Made by a program: the position numbers and the translations under genes. Shown piece by piece: positions 23,800 through 35,284 of a DNA stretch of 64,000 bases (position 1 is the first letter of the stretch; every line of letters begins with the position of its first letter). This stretch comes from Schizochytrium sp. TIO01. Lineage: Eukaryota; Protista; Bigyra: Labyrinthulomycetes. Location of the stretch: NCBI GenBank assembly GCA_004764695.1, contig SMSO01000036.1:186001-250000 (forward strand). Reading direction: 5' to 3'. The notes below the pieces were generated by a model. That model searched no databases, was not told the DNA's origin, and was given only the letters and a program-made list of their open reading frames with translations.

Positions 23800-24330
23800 T
23801 TTATTTCTTTCCCTTATAATCCAACCGCTTTTCACCAAAAGAAGAAAAGCTATCCTGGTCATCCACACACTTCCCTGGCTGCATGTATAATTGATGATAC
23901 TTCGGCTGAACTGCTGCTACAGCTACAGCTTCTCAATTCGATGCTTAGATCAACGCCGGATTTGTGAGTGGGACCATCCACCCTTAGCATTGATCCCCAC
24001 ATGGCATGCAATTTATTACAAAACCTCGGCGTTAGTTGCGACACGAAACATGTCTCAAGTGGTCCGTTTATCACGGGGTCTGTTAATATAATGCCGCTCT
24101 GGCCCACCAGAACTCCACATCTCGAGCAGGTGACTAACTATATACTCGATTGCTTAGTAGTGAATCAATCAGTTAAACTCCAGAGAAAAACCATTTAGAG
24201 GGTTCCTCTTCTGAAAGCTGTCAATGCCAGCCTCCCAATCAACCGGGTCAGTCAACTTATAGATTGAAAACAGCCACAAGCGAGGGCGCTTTGCCTTGGG
24301 AGGGTCTCGTTGAGTGCGTATTACAATCTT
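23800..24330 (-). mobile_element. Possible non-LTR retrotransposon APE endonuclease remnant
   Basis: Ordered degenerate motifs LWLFSIYK, CGD-fs-NAKGG (cf. GDFNAKVG) and SFSSFGEKRLDY. No SDH motif seen. Confidence 0.35.
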
Positions 24331-26083
24331 TAGCACGTTTACTTTTATTTTTCTATTTTTCATTAACATTATATGTGTAAAAACACATTAATAAAAATAT
24401 TTTCAACGTTGAATTAATAATCAACAGTCGCAGCACAAGGTCCGCCTGGCGTCGGGCGACTCGGCCTCGCGAGCGCAGCGGCGGTTTCTGTGCGAGCGTT
24501 TGGGACGCGGACAGCTCACGTAAGCTTTCTCCACACGCGACCGGCTGCGACCCCATGCCTTTGCTGCCACCGCCAGCCAGAGTTCTTCGTGCCTCCCAAA
24601 ATGGCCTCTTTTAGTGACCTCGCCTAAGATGTATGTCTCCAATTCGACCAAATTCATCGGCAGACTCAAACCGGTCCGTGGAACTCCACCACGGCAGAGA
24701 GCAGCGCTACCTCGCTCTCCACGTGGGCCTTGCTGCGGCTCCGAGGACGCGCCAGCTCGAGATCTCCTTGTTCTGCAGCTCCACCAAGAGGTTCACCGCA
24801 TACCCGTAAGTCCTCCTCTTCGTTCGTCTTCATCTGCAGACTACATCTCCTGCAAAAGCAAGCTCAGGTCCGCGTTGATCCTCGCAGTGACTGACTCCAA
24901 AAGCGCTGTAGACCCCCTTGAGCCGCTTCATGTTCCCAGCAAAGGCCTCCTAGACAGATCTCCAGGTAGCCGAGGAGGCATTTGTTCTTACGGAGGAGCA
25001 AAAGGCGCAGCGGAACCTCATTGGTGGAATCACAAACTTCGACTAACCTTGTGAAACGCTCGCTCAGCGCGGGTTGAGCAGCGAAGGGCCCGTTCGTGCA
25101 TCCTCTTGTTCTTGTTCTTCTTCTGTTGTTGTTCTTGCGTGCTCGTCTTGTTCACGCACCGCTTCGGTGACAGAGTCCACGCGAGGTGGTGCAGAGGACC
25201 AGCACCTCGACGATTCATCTTCGATCGCTGTTCTTGAAAGCTGAGCGTTATTGCTATCGTGGTAGGAAACAATCACACGAATTGCTTCATCCGGTCAACA
25301 GTTGATATTGTTGGCGCTGCCAAAGAGCGAGAAGGAGCCCAACGCAGAGTTTACTTTGAGGCGAGAAACCATCGATACGGGTCTTCTGGCGAGGTGCGCG
25401 ATCTTTGCACAACGTCTCACGAGGGAGAAAAACAAACTCTGTTCGACTTTGATTTTCTTGAAAACAATATAAAACTTTTTGTTTACAAAAGAAAAAAGAA
25501 AAAGAAATAGAAAAAGAATAACAATTAGGTGTGGGCCTTGTTGAGCTGAAGATAACGTCTCTGCGAGGGATAGTGCATGGTCATAATTGGTGCAAACCCG
25601 AAGAACCAGGTTCACTGAGTCCACATTGGACGAATTGCCGACTTCCTTGGCAGGAGTTGAAAGAAGATATCACACATCAATCTCTTTAACAAAAACAAAA
25701 CAAAACAGAACAAAACAAAAACAAAAACAATTTAAATTGAAAAATTGAGAAAAAAGGGACAAAAAAAAGAGCCTCTTGGAAAACGTTTTCTTTAAAGTTG
25801 GGGGTCAAAACAACTTTGAACAAAGAGAAGAAAAAAGCAAAGAAATAAAGTCAGGTTACACAGTGACCTCTTTCTTACAAAACAACGTGGGTACTGCCGC
25901 ACGACTAATACATCGATCAACAAACTCGAAACTGGGTAAACGTTTGTGATTCTTTAACAGATTGAATCTCACCATCGAGTACTCCTATTAAATACGAGGA
26001 GACTGCCTCGTACCAGCAGGGTTGCTTGAATCAGATTCGCTATAGGGAGACAGGCCAAGTTTCCCGGAGTTAAGGCACGCAAT

Positions 26084-28732
26084 ATGTTTCACCTTTCGAG
26101 CTTAGGCCGAATGAACAAACTCAGGGGCAGACGCTCGGGCGTGTTTGTTGATCACAGACAGTATGTTGGCTCTGGCGAACCTGTGGAAACCCATGATCTT
26201 CACGACAATGGCAGTAATTATAGAAAGCGAGAACGGAAAAACAAAACTAGTGAAAAGCAAACCCCCAGCTTGGAGCGTCTAAATAGCGCAAATTGCAGCG
26301 GTAGCACCACAACATTGGTTACAGCGACGTCATCGTCATCATCGCTCACACTGGTTTCGGATGATTACCAACTCCCTCTGCCTTCTTCCTGTAGTGAAGC
26401 TGCATCCTCGCAATACGTGTATGATCATCAAGAGGGATCGACCAATGACAATTACGGCGCACGTTATGAATATCCATCCTCAACATCGTTGCCACCCCCT
26501 TTAAGACCAAGCGTGGCAGCCAGTGGAACTCGGCCAAAACGGATTTTAAAGAAAAACAACTGCAGTAGTGGAAGCTCCTGTAGCAGCCAAAGCGTGGGGA
26601 GTTCGATCAGTCTCGGTGCAGGAAGCTGGAAATCAAAACGCAAGTCTCCTGAAAGTGCTATCAGTCGCCAAGCGCGTGCAAGGGAGGCGCACCGCGCATT
26701 TATTAATGCTCCGTCTGCGGACAAGCGTAGCATCAAGGTCGATCTTTGCCCTACGGTTACCCCGGCAATGGCACGACAGATTCTTGCTGATGTTGCCCGT
26801 TTCTGTGGGTTTTGTGAAGAACAAAGCATTAGTGAAAATGTTTTCATTGTGCACGAGCTTCATCATCATCGTGTGCTTTGTGGACCACGACGTGAAACCC
26901 ACTTTGAGTTCCCTGTAGTCCAAGAGCTTGTCGTTCGAGACTATGGCGAAGGAAGCACATCATACTCTACTCTTTACCTGAGCTGGTTGAATGTGCACCC
27001 CCGTTTAGTACGCCAAGGTGCGGGTGGAGGTAGTATGACTTTGCTTTCACAAGGGCTGGCACATCTGATGGGCAAAAAAATCCGTGTTTCAAGGAAAGGT
27101 TTCGAGAATCTTATTGAGGAGATTGTAGGCAGATGGCGCGCCACCCTCTTTCAAAAGGAATACGCGCTTGAGGCAGCAACTCTGGAAAATCACCCAGATG
27201 CACCTTGGAAGACTTTAGATCCAGACGAGGTAGATTACGAGGATTCTGATGATGAGTACGTTTCACACACCGGACTTTTAACCTCCACAGGAGTGGAGCA
27301 CGACAGCAGCTGTAGTTCAAAATCAACAGAGTCATCCTGCTCAGATGTTTTCTGCGAGATGTCTTCGCACAGCCTTCCATGCCCACCGCCCCCTATCCAT
27401 GTATCACCAGTACCTTCTAAGAAGAACCAATGGTCTACAACAGCGCCTCGAGAGTCTCAATCTAGTATAGCTTCCCGTGCTGATTCTGCACATGATTACA
27501 CAAAGCTCCCCCCACGACCTAAGGCTTTACTTCGTACTACTTCGTCTTCCTCAACTTTCTCAATCCTTACATTGTCAGATGACGAGGAAGAAGATGACAC
27601 TCACATTATTAATACAGAACATGACAGTGTTATGGAGGGTCGCTCGCGAGCGCAATCTCCCCCAATTGGAAAGGTAAAACGAGCTGCTACGTCAGTTACA
27701 TCCAAGAAGCCCTCTTTCGCAACTTCAAGGCGAACTATCACTCGGCCCAAGTCAGCACTGAAATTACCTTATGATAAAACAGCGCAGCACCATGGTCCCA
27801 AAAAAATGCTTTCAGTAAAATTTTCCGAGGAGGAAGAAATTTGTCATTTAAAGATGTCCAAGGTGCATCGAGAAGCACGCATGGCATCTGGCTGCAAAGC
27901 AACTAATCGATATGGTGAAATGCGCCCCTTCACAAGCACCAGAACCGGCTATCCTGTGTACATAGCACCAGTGACTTCAGAACCAGCACCAAATGTGGGT
28001 TTGCTAGGGAAAGAGGCACAAGAATATGGTTCTGACCAGTATTTGAAAGTAACGAACACTACGCCATGTCCTGAGCCGCCCTCCAGACCGCCACAGGGAC
28101 CTTCGGGAAACATTCGCGGCAACAGTTTTTTCCAAGAGCGCGGGCGTATCCACGCACATCGCAAAGTGGAGCCCCCACGACACAGGCCTCTTCAGAGTTG
28201 TGCCTCAGCCCTCGATTCTCTCATGGCCCCTCCCTTAGACTTTGCTTCCATTGCAGCATCCCCATCTTCCGTAGGAGCTGTAGGCCGTCCATCAGTAAGC
28301 AAGCGAAGTGAAAGTGCTGGACTTGTAGTAGAGGAGAAGAAGGAGGCACTCGACGAGGAACTGTTTTCGCTTAGTGCAGACCAAAATTCTAATACCCAGA
28401 ATCAGCAGCATTGGTCACCAAATGTCAAAGCACGTCAACAGGCCACGCGTAGACAGTCCAAGAATTTTAAAAGTGAGCAGCCAAAGCAACCACATGAACG
28501 CTTCTTACAAGATCAAATCGAAGCATTGCAACTCAAACGTGAAGCAAGTCGACAACAGCAAGAAGATTTTCAACATTATCATTGTAACATCGCTACAGAA
28601 AGGAAACCTCCCTTACTTCGCCGGCAGGACACAGAGCCGACAGTGGCCACCGTATTGCTGGATCTGTACAACAGAAGTAGCACGCAATCTAGCAGCGTGT
28701 CTTCATCCCCGCAGCCAGCTATGACAGCTTGA
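26084..28732 (+). CDS. Hypothetical Ser/Pro-rich protein (882 aa) with a small ordered central region
   Basis: Long uninterrupted ATG ORF, mostly low complexity; ordered segment at about aa 215-375. Confidence 0.85.
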   Translation: MFHLSSLGRMNKLRGRRSGVFVDHRQYVGSGEPVETHDLHDNGSNYRKRERKNKTSEKQTPSLERLNSANCSGSTTTLVTATSSSSSLTLVSDDYQLPLPSSCSEAASSQYVYDHQEGSTNDNYGARYEYPSSTSLPPPLRPSVAASGTRPKRILKKNNCSSGSSCSSQSVGSSISLGAGSWKSKRKSPESAISRQARAREAHRAFINAPSADKRSIKVDLCPTVTPAMARQILADVARFCGFCEEQSISENVFIVHELHHHRVLCGPRRETHFEFPVVQELVVRDYGEGSTSYSTLYLSWLNVHPRLVRQGAGGGSMTLLSQGLAHLMGKKIRVSRKGFENLIEEIVGRWRATLFQKEYALEAATLENHPDAPWKTLDPDEVDYEDSDDEYVSHTGLLTSTGVEHDSSCSSKSTESSCSDVFCEMSSHSLPCPPPPIHVSPVPSKKNQWSTTAPRESQSSIASRADSAHDYTKLPPRPKALLRTTSSSSTFSILTLSDDEEEDDTHIINTEHDSVMEGRSRAQSPPIGKVKRAATSVTSKKPSFATSRRTITRPKSALKLPYDKTAQHHGPKKMLSVKFSEEEEICHLKMSKVHREARMASGCKATNRYGEMRPFTSTRTGYPVYIAPVTSEPAPNVGLLGKEAQEYGSDQYLKVTNTTPCPEPPSRPPQGPSGNIRGNSFFQERGRIHAHRKVEPPRHRPLQSCASALDSLMAPPLDFASIAASPSSVGAVGRPSVSKRSESAGLVVEEKKEALDEELFSLSADQNSNTQNQQHWSPNVKARQQATRRQSKNFKSEQPKQPHERFLQDQIEALQLKREASRQQQEDFQHYHCNIATERKPPLLRRQDTEPTVATVLLDLYNRSSTQSSSVSSSPQPAMTA

Positions 28733-29117
28733 TTATTAATATTATAATTCTAGGTTCGGCATACAGACAGGCATACAGACAGACAGACAAATTGACATGC
28801 AACACAATAGGCAATTGATGTGCTAATTCGTACAAATTTTTGACGTTAGAGAGTGCATATTTGACTTTATAAATTAGCTGACATCTAACGCATCTCTTGC
28901 AAGATTACACCACATATTTAAGAAACTTTATTTTTCTTTCAGAAACAAGGTATGCATGCACACACTTTCCCCTGGAAACTACCACTCTCACCATCTGACA
29001 CGCAGACAGGATAGCCAGATTTCTATCGGGGTTGGTCCCCAGGAGTGCACTTGATTGTGCGGAAAGCGAACCATGCCTCCTTACTCACAAAACTTAGTCT
29101 TCATTTCGGTTCTGCTT

Positions 29118-29786
29118 CTAGATTTCAACCGCAAGCTTTCCGCCAGTCGGAATCTCGGTGTCGTGGACTGGCGCTTGGATCTTCGCCTCAAGGTGTTCGT
29201 GTTCGTGCGGCACAATGTGGGCTTCTTCTTCAAAAGGTTCTGGAGAGTTTCCGAGATACGAGAGGAACATAGACCAGCCCACGCCAACCATGTTGACTAC
29301 AAGCACACGCTTGGAGAGCGGCACCATGGTAAAGTTAAAGAGCTGTACCGCTGGCCAGATGGTCCATAAGGCCACCATCGTAGGCAATAACTTTGCCTTA
29401 ACACGTTCGTAGACTGCTGCTGGGCTCTGGCCTTCAAGGAAGCTTGTAATGGCGTGAAACATGACCATATTAGTTGTCGCAGCGCATGTCTGGTCAATAA
29501 AAATTTTCTGTGCCACCGCTAATTTTCCAGTGCCTTTAACCATGCCGTCTAACGCACGGTACCACACATGAAGAAATGGCGAGAGCCACAACGCGCCATA
29601 AACAAGCATGCGCCCTGTGCGTGCTGCATCCCAGCTTTCCACACCTTGGAGACGCTGCACGGCAAGGTCTCCTGAGCCGTAGATGACACAAGCGGACCCG
29701 ATCTTGGTCATGAGTGGCTTCTCAGCGAGGCCACGATTGTACGCGGCCCACCCACGACCGGGGAGCGACCTGAGGCTTGCCAGCAT
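29118..29786 (-). CDS. Mpv17/PMP22 family membrane protein
   Basis: P(L)MTK...GDL.VQ, WD..RT.RM..YG, K..IDQ, WP.VQL.NF..VP...RVL.VN.VG..W..FLS. Confidence 0.93.
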   Translation of the reverse strand: MLASLRSLPGRGWAAYNRGLAEKPLMTKIGSACVIYGSGDLAVQRLQGVESWDAARTGRMLVYGALWLSPFLHVWYRALDGMVKGTGKLAVAQKIFIDQTCAATTNMVMFHAITSFLEGQSPAAVYERVKAKLLPTMVALWTIWPAVQLFNFTMVPLSKRVLVVNMVGVGWSMFLSYLGNSPEPFEEEAHIVPHEHEHLEAKIQAPVHDTEIPTGGKLAVEI

Positions 29787-30829
29787 CTTTGACAGGCGCA
29801 GCAACCCTCCGCCACGTCAATTTGGTTCTGTTGCCGCTGAGAAATCGCAATTCCGGCTTTGCTCAAACCTGCGAATTGCTATTTCGCTCATCCTTCTCAC
29901 TCAACTACCCTATTAGCATTAACTCTAGGGCGGTATTAACGAGCGAGCACATTACATTGCGTCATCATCATCAACGACGCAAACAACTTTGCATGGGACC
30001 ATCTCATCCACGTCGTTGCAGCATTCTCTACACTGCTTTGCGAGCGAGTTCAAAGGGCTGAGCAGCACACATCTACTTTCGCGTGGAAGAGTCTCCGAGC
30101 GGGAAGAGCTGCAGCCTCGAGTCCGTGTACTTGGAGCGGCTCGAAGGTGTTGGTGCACGAGCAAGTGAGGGTGTACTTTTTGTTTGTTTTCTGAGTGCTT
30201 TTGTAAAATCGTTGACACAATTCACGAAATGATGAGCTCAATAAATGATGTCTACAATCTGCAAACGGGCAACAGCGGTAGGACTCTAGCAAAGTAAATA
30301 AATCTGGTTCAGGCGGAGTATTTGGCGACAAAGCTTCTTGAGCTTTTTACTTTGGCAGCGATTTCAGGAGTCCGCGAATTGGCTTCTGTGCTTCCGACTA
30401 TACGCAACATCAGATCACAGTCTTTGAAAGGTTTTGGCTTGCACAAAGGGGAGCAAAGCCTAATCATCCATTACGGGCAAAATCAAAACCAAAACCAAAA
30501 CCAAAACTACGACAGGACGTCAAAACAAAATCAAACTAGGTATAAAGTTGATGCTCTTCCACTTAAGTTTTACGAAAGGTTTCCTAGACCCATGGATTCC
30601 AAGAAGTGACTACTACGTACTACTCATAGTTTACTGGTGAGGTGTGGTTGATTAGTCAGGTCAACTTCTGAGCGCAGAACTTGCAAACTAATACGTGTTC
30701 GCACTCTTGCGATGGTGTGCCGCGCTGCGTGAACGTCTTCGAGGTCGTTGATCACGGCCTAAGTATTGAGTTCACTCTGTTGAGGTCGTTGTCGACGTTC
30801 TAAGATCTTGCAGGAGAGGAGGAAGCGGT

Positions 30830-31534
30830 ATGAGCAGCGATGCGGGGGAAGCGTTTGCCTCGACGGCGCTCTTGGCGCTGGCCATGGCTGCAAAAGCAAA
30901 ACGATCGAGACGGCGAGTGCGATTCTGCTCTGTAGAAGCCAAGCGCTGGAGTCCTGAGGTGCCAGAGTCTGTAGAGGAGTGCATGCTAAGGTTAGGCTGG
31001 CGAATTTGTGGAGTTAAACCACCAAAGTCCGCGGTCCTGGACTTGCGCCGATTCTTAGAACGGTCGGCTCGAGCTTGCGGATTTGATTATAGTGCAGTTC
31101 ATCAAGCACCAAGAGATCGTTTTGATCCAGAGGACGCTGCAAAATGGGCCGCCATTATAGGGTCTGGTGAAATTGCTGTTGAAGATGTAAACGCAGTGCT
31201 CGAGCCTCGAAGACTCGGAGGTTTCTTCTTTACGAAAGACCATTTTGAGGCTCTTGCCACAGCGCTGTTCAAGTACCCGCTTCACAACTTCGTTCCTGTC
31301 AATGCCGATGCTGACAGCGATGAGGAAGATGCGGAAGAATTCCCAGCTTTTGAATGTGATGATTGTTACGATGAACCAGAGGCATGGTGTAGTTCTTGTG
31401 AGGCTTGCCTTTCTTGTGCAGAGCAGAACGAGCCATGGGGACAATACTGCAACCTGCAGCCAGATCGAACAGACCCGCTCACAGCAGCGACACCTACTAA
31501 ACGTGCTGTCGATTTGTTTCCGCCACCAATTTAA
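30830..31534 (+). CDS. Hypothetical protein with C-terminal Cys cluster (possible Zn binding)
   Basis: 234-aa ATG ORF; CDDC-x7-CSSCEACLSC-x10-C follows an acidic linker. Confidence 0.7.
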   Translation: MSSDAGEAFASTALLALAMAAKAKRSRRRVRFCSVEAKRWSPEVPESVEECMLRLGWRICGVKPPKSAVLDLRRFLERSARACGFDYSAVHQAPRDRFDPEDAAKWAAIIGSGEIAVEDVNAVLEPRRLGGFFFTKDHFEALATALFKYPLHNFVPVNADADSDEEDAEEFPAFECDDCYDEPEAWCSSCEACLSCAEQNEPWGQYCNLQPDRTDPLTAATPTKRAVDLFPPPI

Positions 31535-32915
31535 TTCAAGTAGACAAACCTTATTTCGTCTCATGAGCTCCCGCTTCAGTCATCTTCACAGAAAAAGAGA
31601 AAGATACTCGAGAAATAGGTCATTTGTCGAATGTTGAGTGCTTGGAGCGCTCAAGTGTTTCAGGACTGCATTTGTGAACAAAATAAAAGCAAATTAGAGG
31701 GTTCCATGGTGCTGCTTATCAGCATATAATCGATTTGGTACTTCACACGGCGTAACATAATAGACAGTACTCGTCTCAACATTACCCTGACGATGCAAAC
31801 ATATATATATGACGAATATTCAGATTCATCCTGCCAAGTGTGTCTAGCTCTGCATATTGCTGGCCCCGTTTGCCTTGTTTTCGAATATGCATATATTAAT
31901 TTAAGAAAGGACTAAATTTTCAGATAGCTTATGTAGTCTCTGCATTATACATTTGCAGAAAGAAATGCACAAGGTACCGTGGTCTCAATAATATGTTTTC
32001 TTTCTGAAAAACTCCTAACATGAACAACCTACCAACTCCATTTTTTCCAATGAACTCATCCCGCACGAGGTATAACCCTTGCTTAACACATTGGTATTCT
32101 GCTCAATCGCCGATCTCATGAGCCGAAAACCTCGAAGCTGTAACGAATTTATACTCTTGTTTCCTTGCAGTCTTTTCCAATTTCAGTCCGTCTTTATAAA
32201 ATGTAAAAGAAATATTGTATACTAATTTAGAGGCTCCAAGCCAAGCTTAATTCCTTAGTCGCTCGCCACCCTAACGAGAAACACCACCCTACCTACTAGT
32301 CTCTCATGGCTCGGCGTCGTCTTGGTGCAAGACCCTCTTGATCGTGAGGCACCTAAATTTGGGAAATAGGGCTACCTCACCTACTGCCATTTTCAAGAAC
32401 ACCATCTTCGATTACTCTTCGTGGTCATTGGCCCTACAAATAAACGAAACGTACTTCGAAAGAAAGGAAAGGAAATCAAAAGAAAACATTTTATTTGTAT
32501 TAGGTGCTACCTACTAGTTATGGTAAAAGGCCTCCGCAAGTCAAAAGAAAAGGAGTGAAAGGCCTTAGCGTCAGCGCCTCTTGTAGACCTTTTACGCGCC
32601 TATTAATCGCAAAATTCCCTATAGAGTACTGTTTTCTTCCAATGAAACCTACATTTCTCAGTTGTTGTTAAGCTGTTATCTAAATTTATATACGGGTATA
32701 CTATTGGCTGCTCGGAATGCCTGCTTTCCCAGGCTCACAGATCAGATCTGCAATCGCGGGCTTCACTGAGAAGATCCAAACCCGAATCGAAGTCCAGTCG
32801 AATCGGAAGAGCGGATTCGTAACGACACGCGGCTGACTGATCGATCGTTTACCTCAACTTTATTCTTGTCCTACAAGTGCAAGTCAAGACAGAGTGCTGG
32901 TAACCTTCAAGCACG

Positions 32916-34061
32916 ATGGGCAAGGGTGAAGAGGGCGCTGTGAATACGCTGCTGTCGCGTACGACACTAGCTCATGCAGTGTCCGGCTCTGTAGGCAGCG
33001 TGCTTGCTATGATGCTCACATACCCTTTGGACAGAGTTCGCACGATTAAACAGCTATCTCGCGACAAAGAGGGCAGTGTAATTCAGGTTCTCAAGACAAT
33101 TCTGGCCAAGGAAGGTTGGCAAGGCCTATACTCTGGTCTACAGCCCATGCTTGTGGCACTTGGAGCCTCCAATTTTGTGTACTTTTACTGGTTTACAGCT
33201 CTCCGAGCCGGCCTGCAATATCTTTTGCGCAGAGGCAAGCCACGTGGTGCACTTGCCGACCCGAATGGACCTTTGAGTAATCTTATCTTGGCCTCAGTGG
33301 CAGGCACCCTCAATGTGCTGTTTACTACGCCTCTCTGGGTTGCCTACACGCGGTTAGCTGTGCAACGTATGCCACCCAAGGCCTCACCGAGCCCGAATCA
33401 AAATCAGAGCCAGAACCAAAGCCAGAGCCGCAAGGTTGAAGAGGGCGATGATGAGCCGGAGTTCAAGGGCATCGTTGACACAATGTGCAAGATTGCCAAG
33501 CGTGACGGCGTGGCCACTTTGTGGTCAGGATTGGGGCCGTCGTTGATTCTTGTATCAAACCCTTCAGTGCAGTTCGCTTCATACGAATGGCTGAAACACG
33601 CTTTGCTCAAGTTTCGCTTTCAGAAAGAGCCCACCACGCGTGACCTTACCCACTTTGGAGACATCATGGAGGACGCCACGGAGGATGTTGTCAGTGAGGC
33701 TGTACTTGGAACTGAGCTGTCAAGTATCGAATACCTTCTTCTTGGTGCATTTGCCAAAATGATTGCTACGGTGGTGACGTACCCGCTGCAAGTTGCGCAA
33801 ACCCGTCAGCGAGCCGAAGCAAACCGCCGCAAGGCTGAGGGCAAAGATGCTCAGAAGAACCGCATGTCAACTATGGCTTGTTTGCACGAAATTTACAAGA
33901 TGAATGGTTTTACAGGATTGTATGCAGGCATGGAGGCCAAACTGCTGCAGACCTGTCTCACATCTGCTTTCATGTTCGCAGCTTACGAGCAGATTTGCGC
34001 AATTATCTTGCGCTTCATTCTGTGGAGAAAAGTTTCCTCCAAGCAGCAACTAAGCAGCTAA
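32916..34061 (+). CDS. Mitochondrial carrier family protein, peroxisomal PMP34/SLC25A17-like
   Basis: Three carrier repeats with YPLDRVRT, TPLWVAYTR and YPLQVAQTR. SNFVYFYW and LVSNPSVQF are typical of PMP34/PXN carriers. Confidence 0.9.
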   Translation: MGKGEEGAVNTLLSRTTLAHAVSGSVGSVLAMMLTYPLDRVRTIKQLSRDKEGSVIQVLKTILAKEGWQGLYSGLQPMLVALGASNFVYFYWFTALRAGLQYLLRRGKPRGALADPNGPLSNLILASVAGTLNVLFTTPLWVAYTRLAVQRMPPKASPSPNQNQSQNQSQSRKVEEGDDEPEFKGIVDTMCKIAKRDGVATLWSGLGPSLILVSNPSVQFASYEWLKHALLKFRFQKEPTTRDLTHFGDIMEDATEDVVSEAVLGTELSSIEYLLLGAFAKMIATVVTYPLQVAQTRQRAEANRRKAEGKDAQKNRMSTMACLHEIYKMNGFTGLYAGMEAKLLQTCLTSAFMFAAYEQICAIILRFILWRKVSSKQQLSS

Positions 34062-35284
34062 TTGGGCTATATTCTTGATCAGGCGCAAAGAAACTTGTGT
34101 GAACAAAACGACAAGCTCTAGGGGCAAAATGAAATTGCGCACGAACTTTTGTTGTTGTCGTTGTTATTATTATCGTTTACAATTTTACTATTTCAGAGCT
34201 CGTGCAAATGCAATACGTTCCGAAATATTATTTTCCATCAGCGTGCATGTTGCGTACAGGTCCGCGCTGTTTTCAACTCTATCACGAATATCGTCAAGAG
34301 GTTCTGTCTGATATGTGGCCAAGATGCCAAGAGTTTAAACATCCTTCCCAAGGTTTTCCTTCGTGCAGTTTTAGGGTAAGGATGACATCGTGGAGCAAAG
34401 GCGAAAAAAAAAAAGGTCTTTCAGGTTCTGAAGATTTACCGCCCGCAAATTGTGCTTGAGACTGACTCTCCAGATAGCATGCCTTGTCAAAATCAGAAAA
34501 TTAATTTTAAAAAAATGCTTCTGGGTTCACATTTCGACGATCCACCAAAGCATTGTTTGACGAAGAAGAAACATATATAAATTATTTTAGAAATGGAGAA
34601 TATACAATAAAACGATTCTATCCCTTTATGTCAAGATTACGAAAAAGTTTAAAGAATAAATATGGAGGGTTTGAGGCATCAGATAGTGAAGGAAGTTATA
34701 GGTTTATTTGACAAATACAAGAAGTAGTATGTTAATCCTTTCTTGCGTATGGCAGAGCACATTAGCAATCCGCTGGGTTCGGTGAAAGAGAAATGAAAAA
34801 GGTAAAAAGCCAATGATGCTAGAAAATCAGCGCTCGGAAGAATAAACGAGAATTTCACAGAGTATTAATTGAGCATATTCTTTTTTGACGGCTGGTGAAC
34901 TGCATTCTTTACCCAAGGATGCTGCATTGTGACTAGTACAGGGGAAAGTCGGTCTCTTTAAACGAACCGAGGAATTTGCAGATGAGCTGTTTTCTCTGCA
35001 ACATTATCTCAATACAAGTAATGTCATGTTTTGAGCATCCTCCTCATGTAATTTCACCCCTTTTTTTTTTAATTTAGTAAATCGCAATCCCTAAAAAGGA
35101 AGAGCTAGGCAAACAAAGGATCCTAGTTTCCTTTGCTCTGTTACTCAACGTACTGGTTCGTTGCGCCGCGTATCCCATAGGCTAGCCATACTCCTTTTAG
35201 GTAAAGCTGAGGCAGTCTGGTTTGGTTTCATACAAAAGCATGTTGAAAACATTAAGGGCAAGGCGATGTGAATGATTGGGAAGG

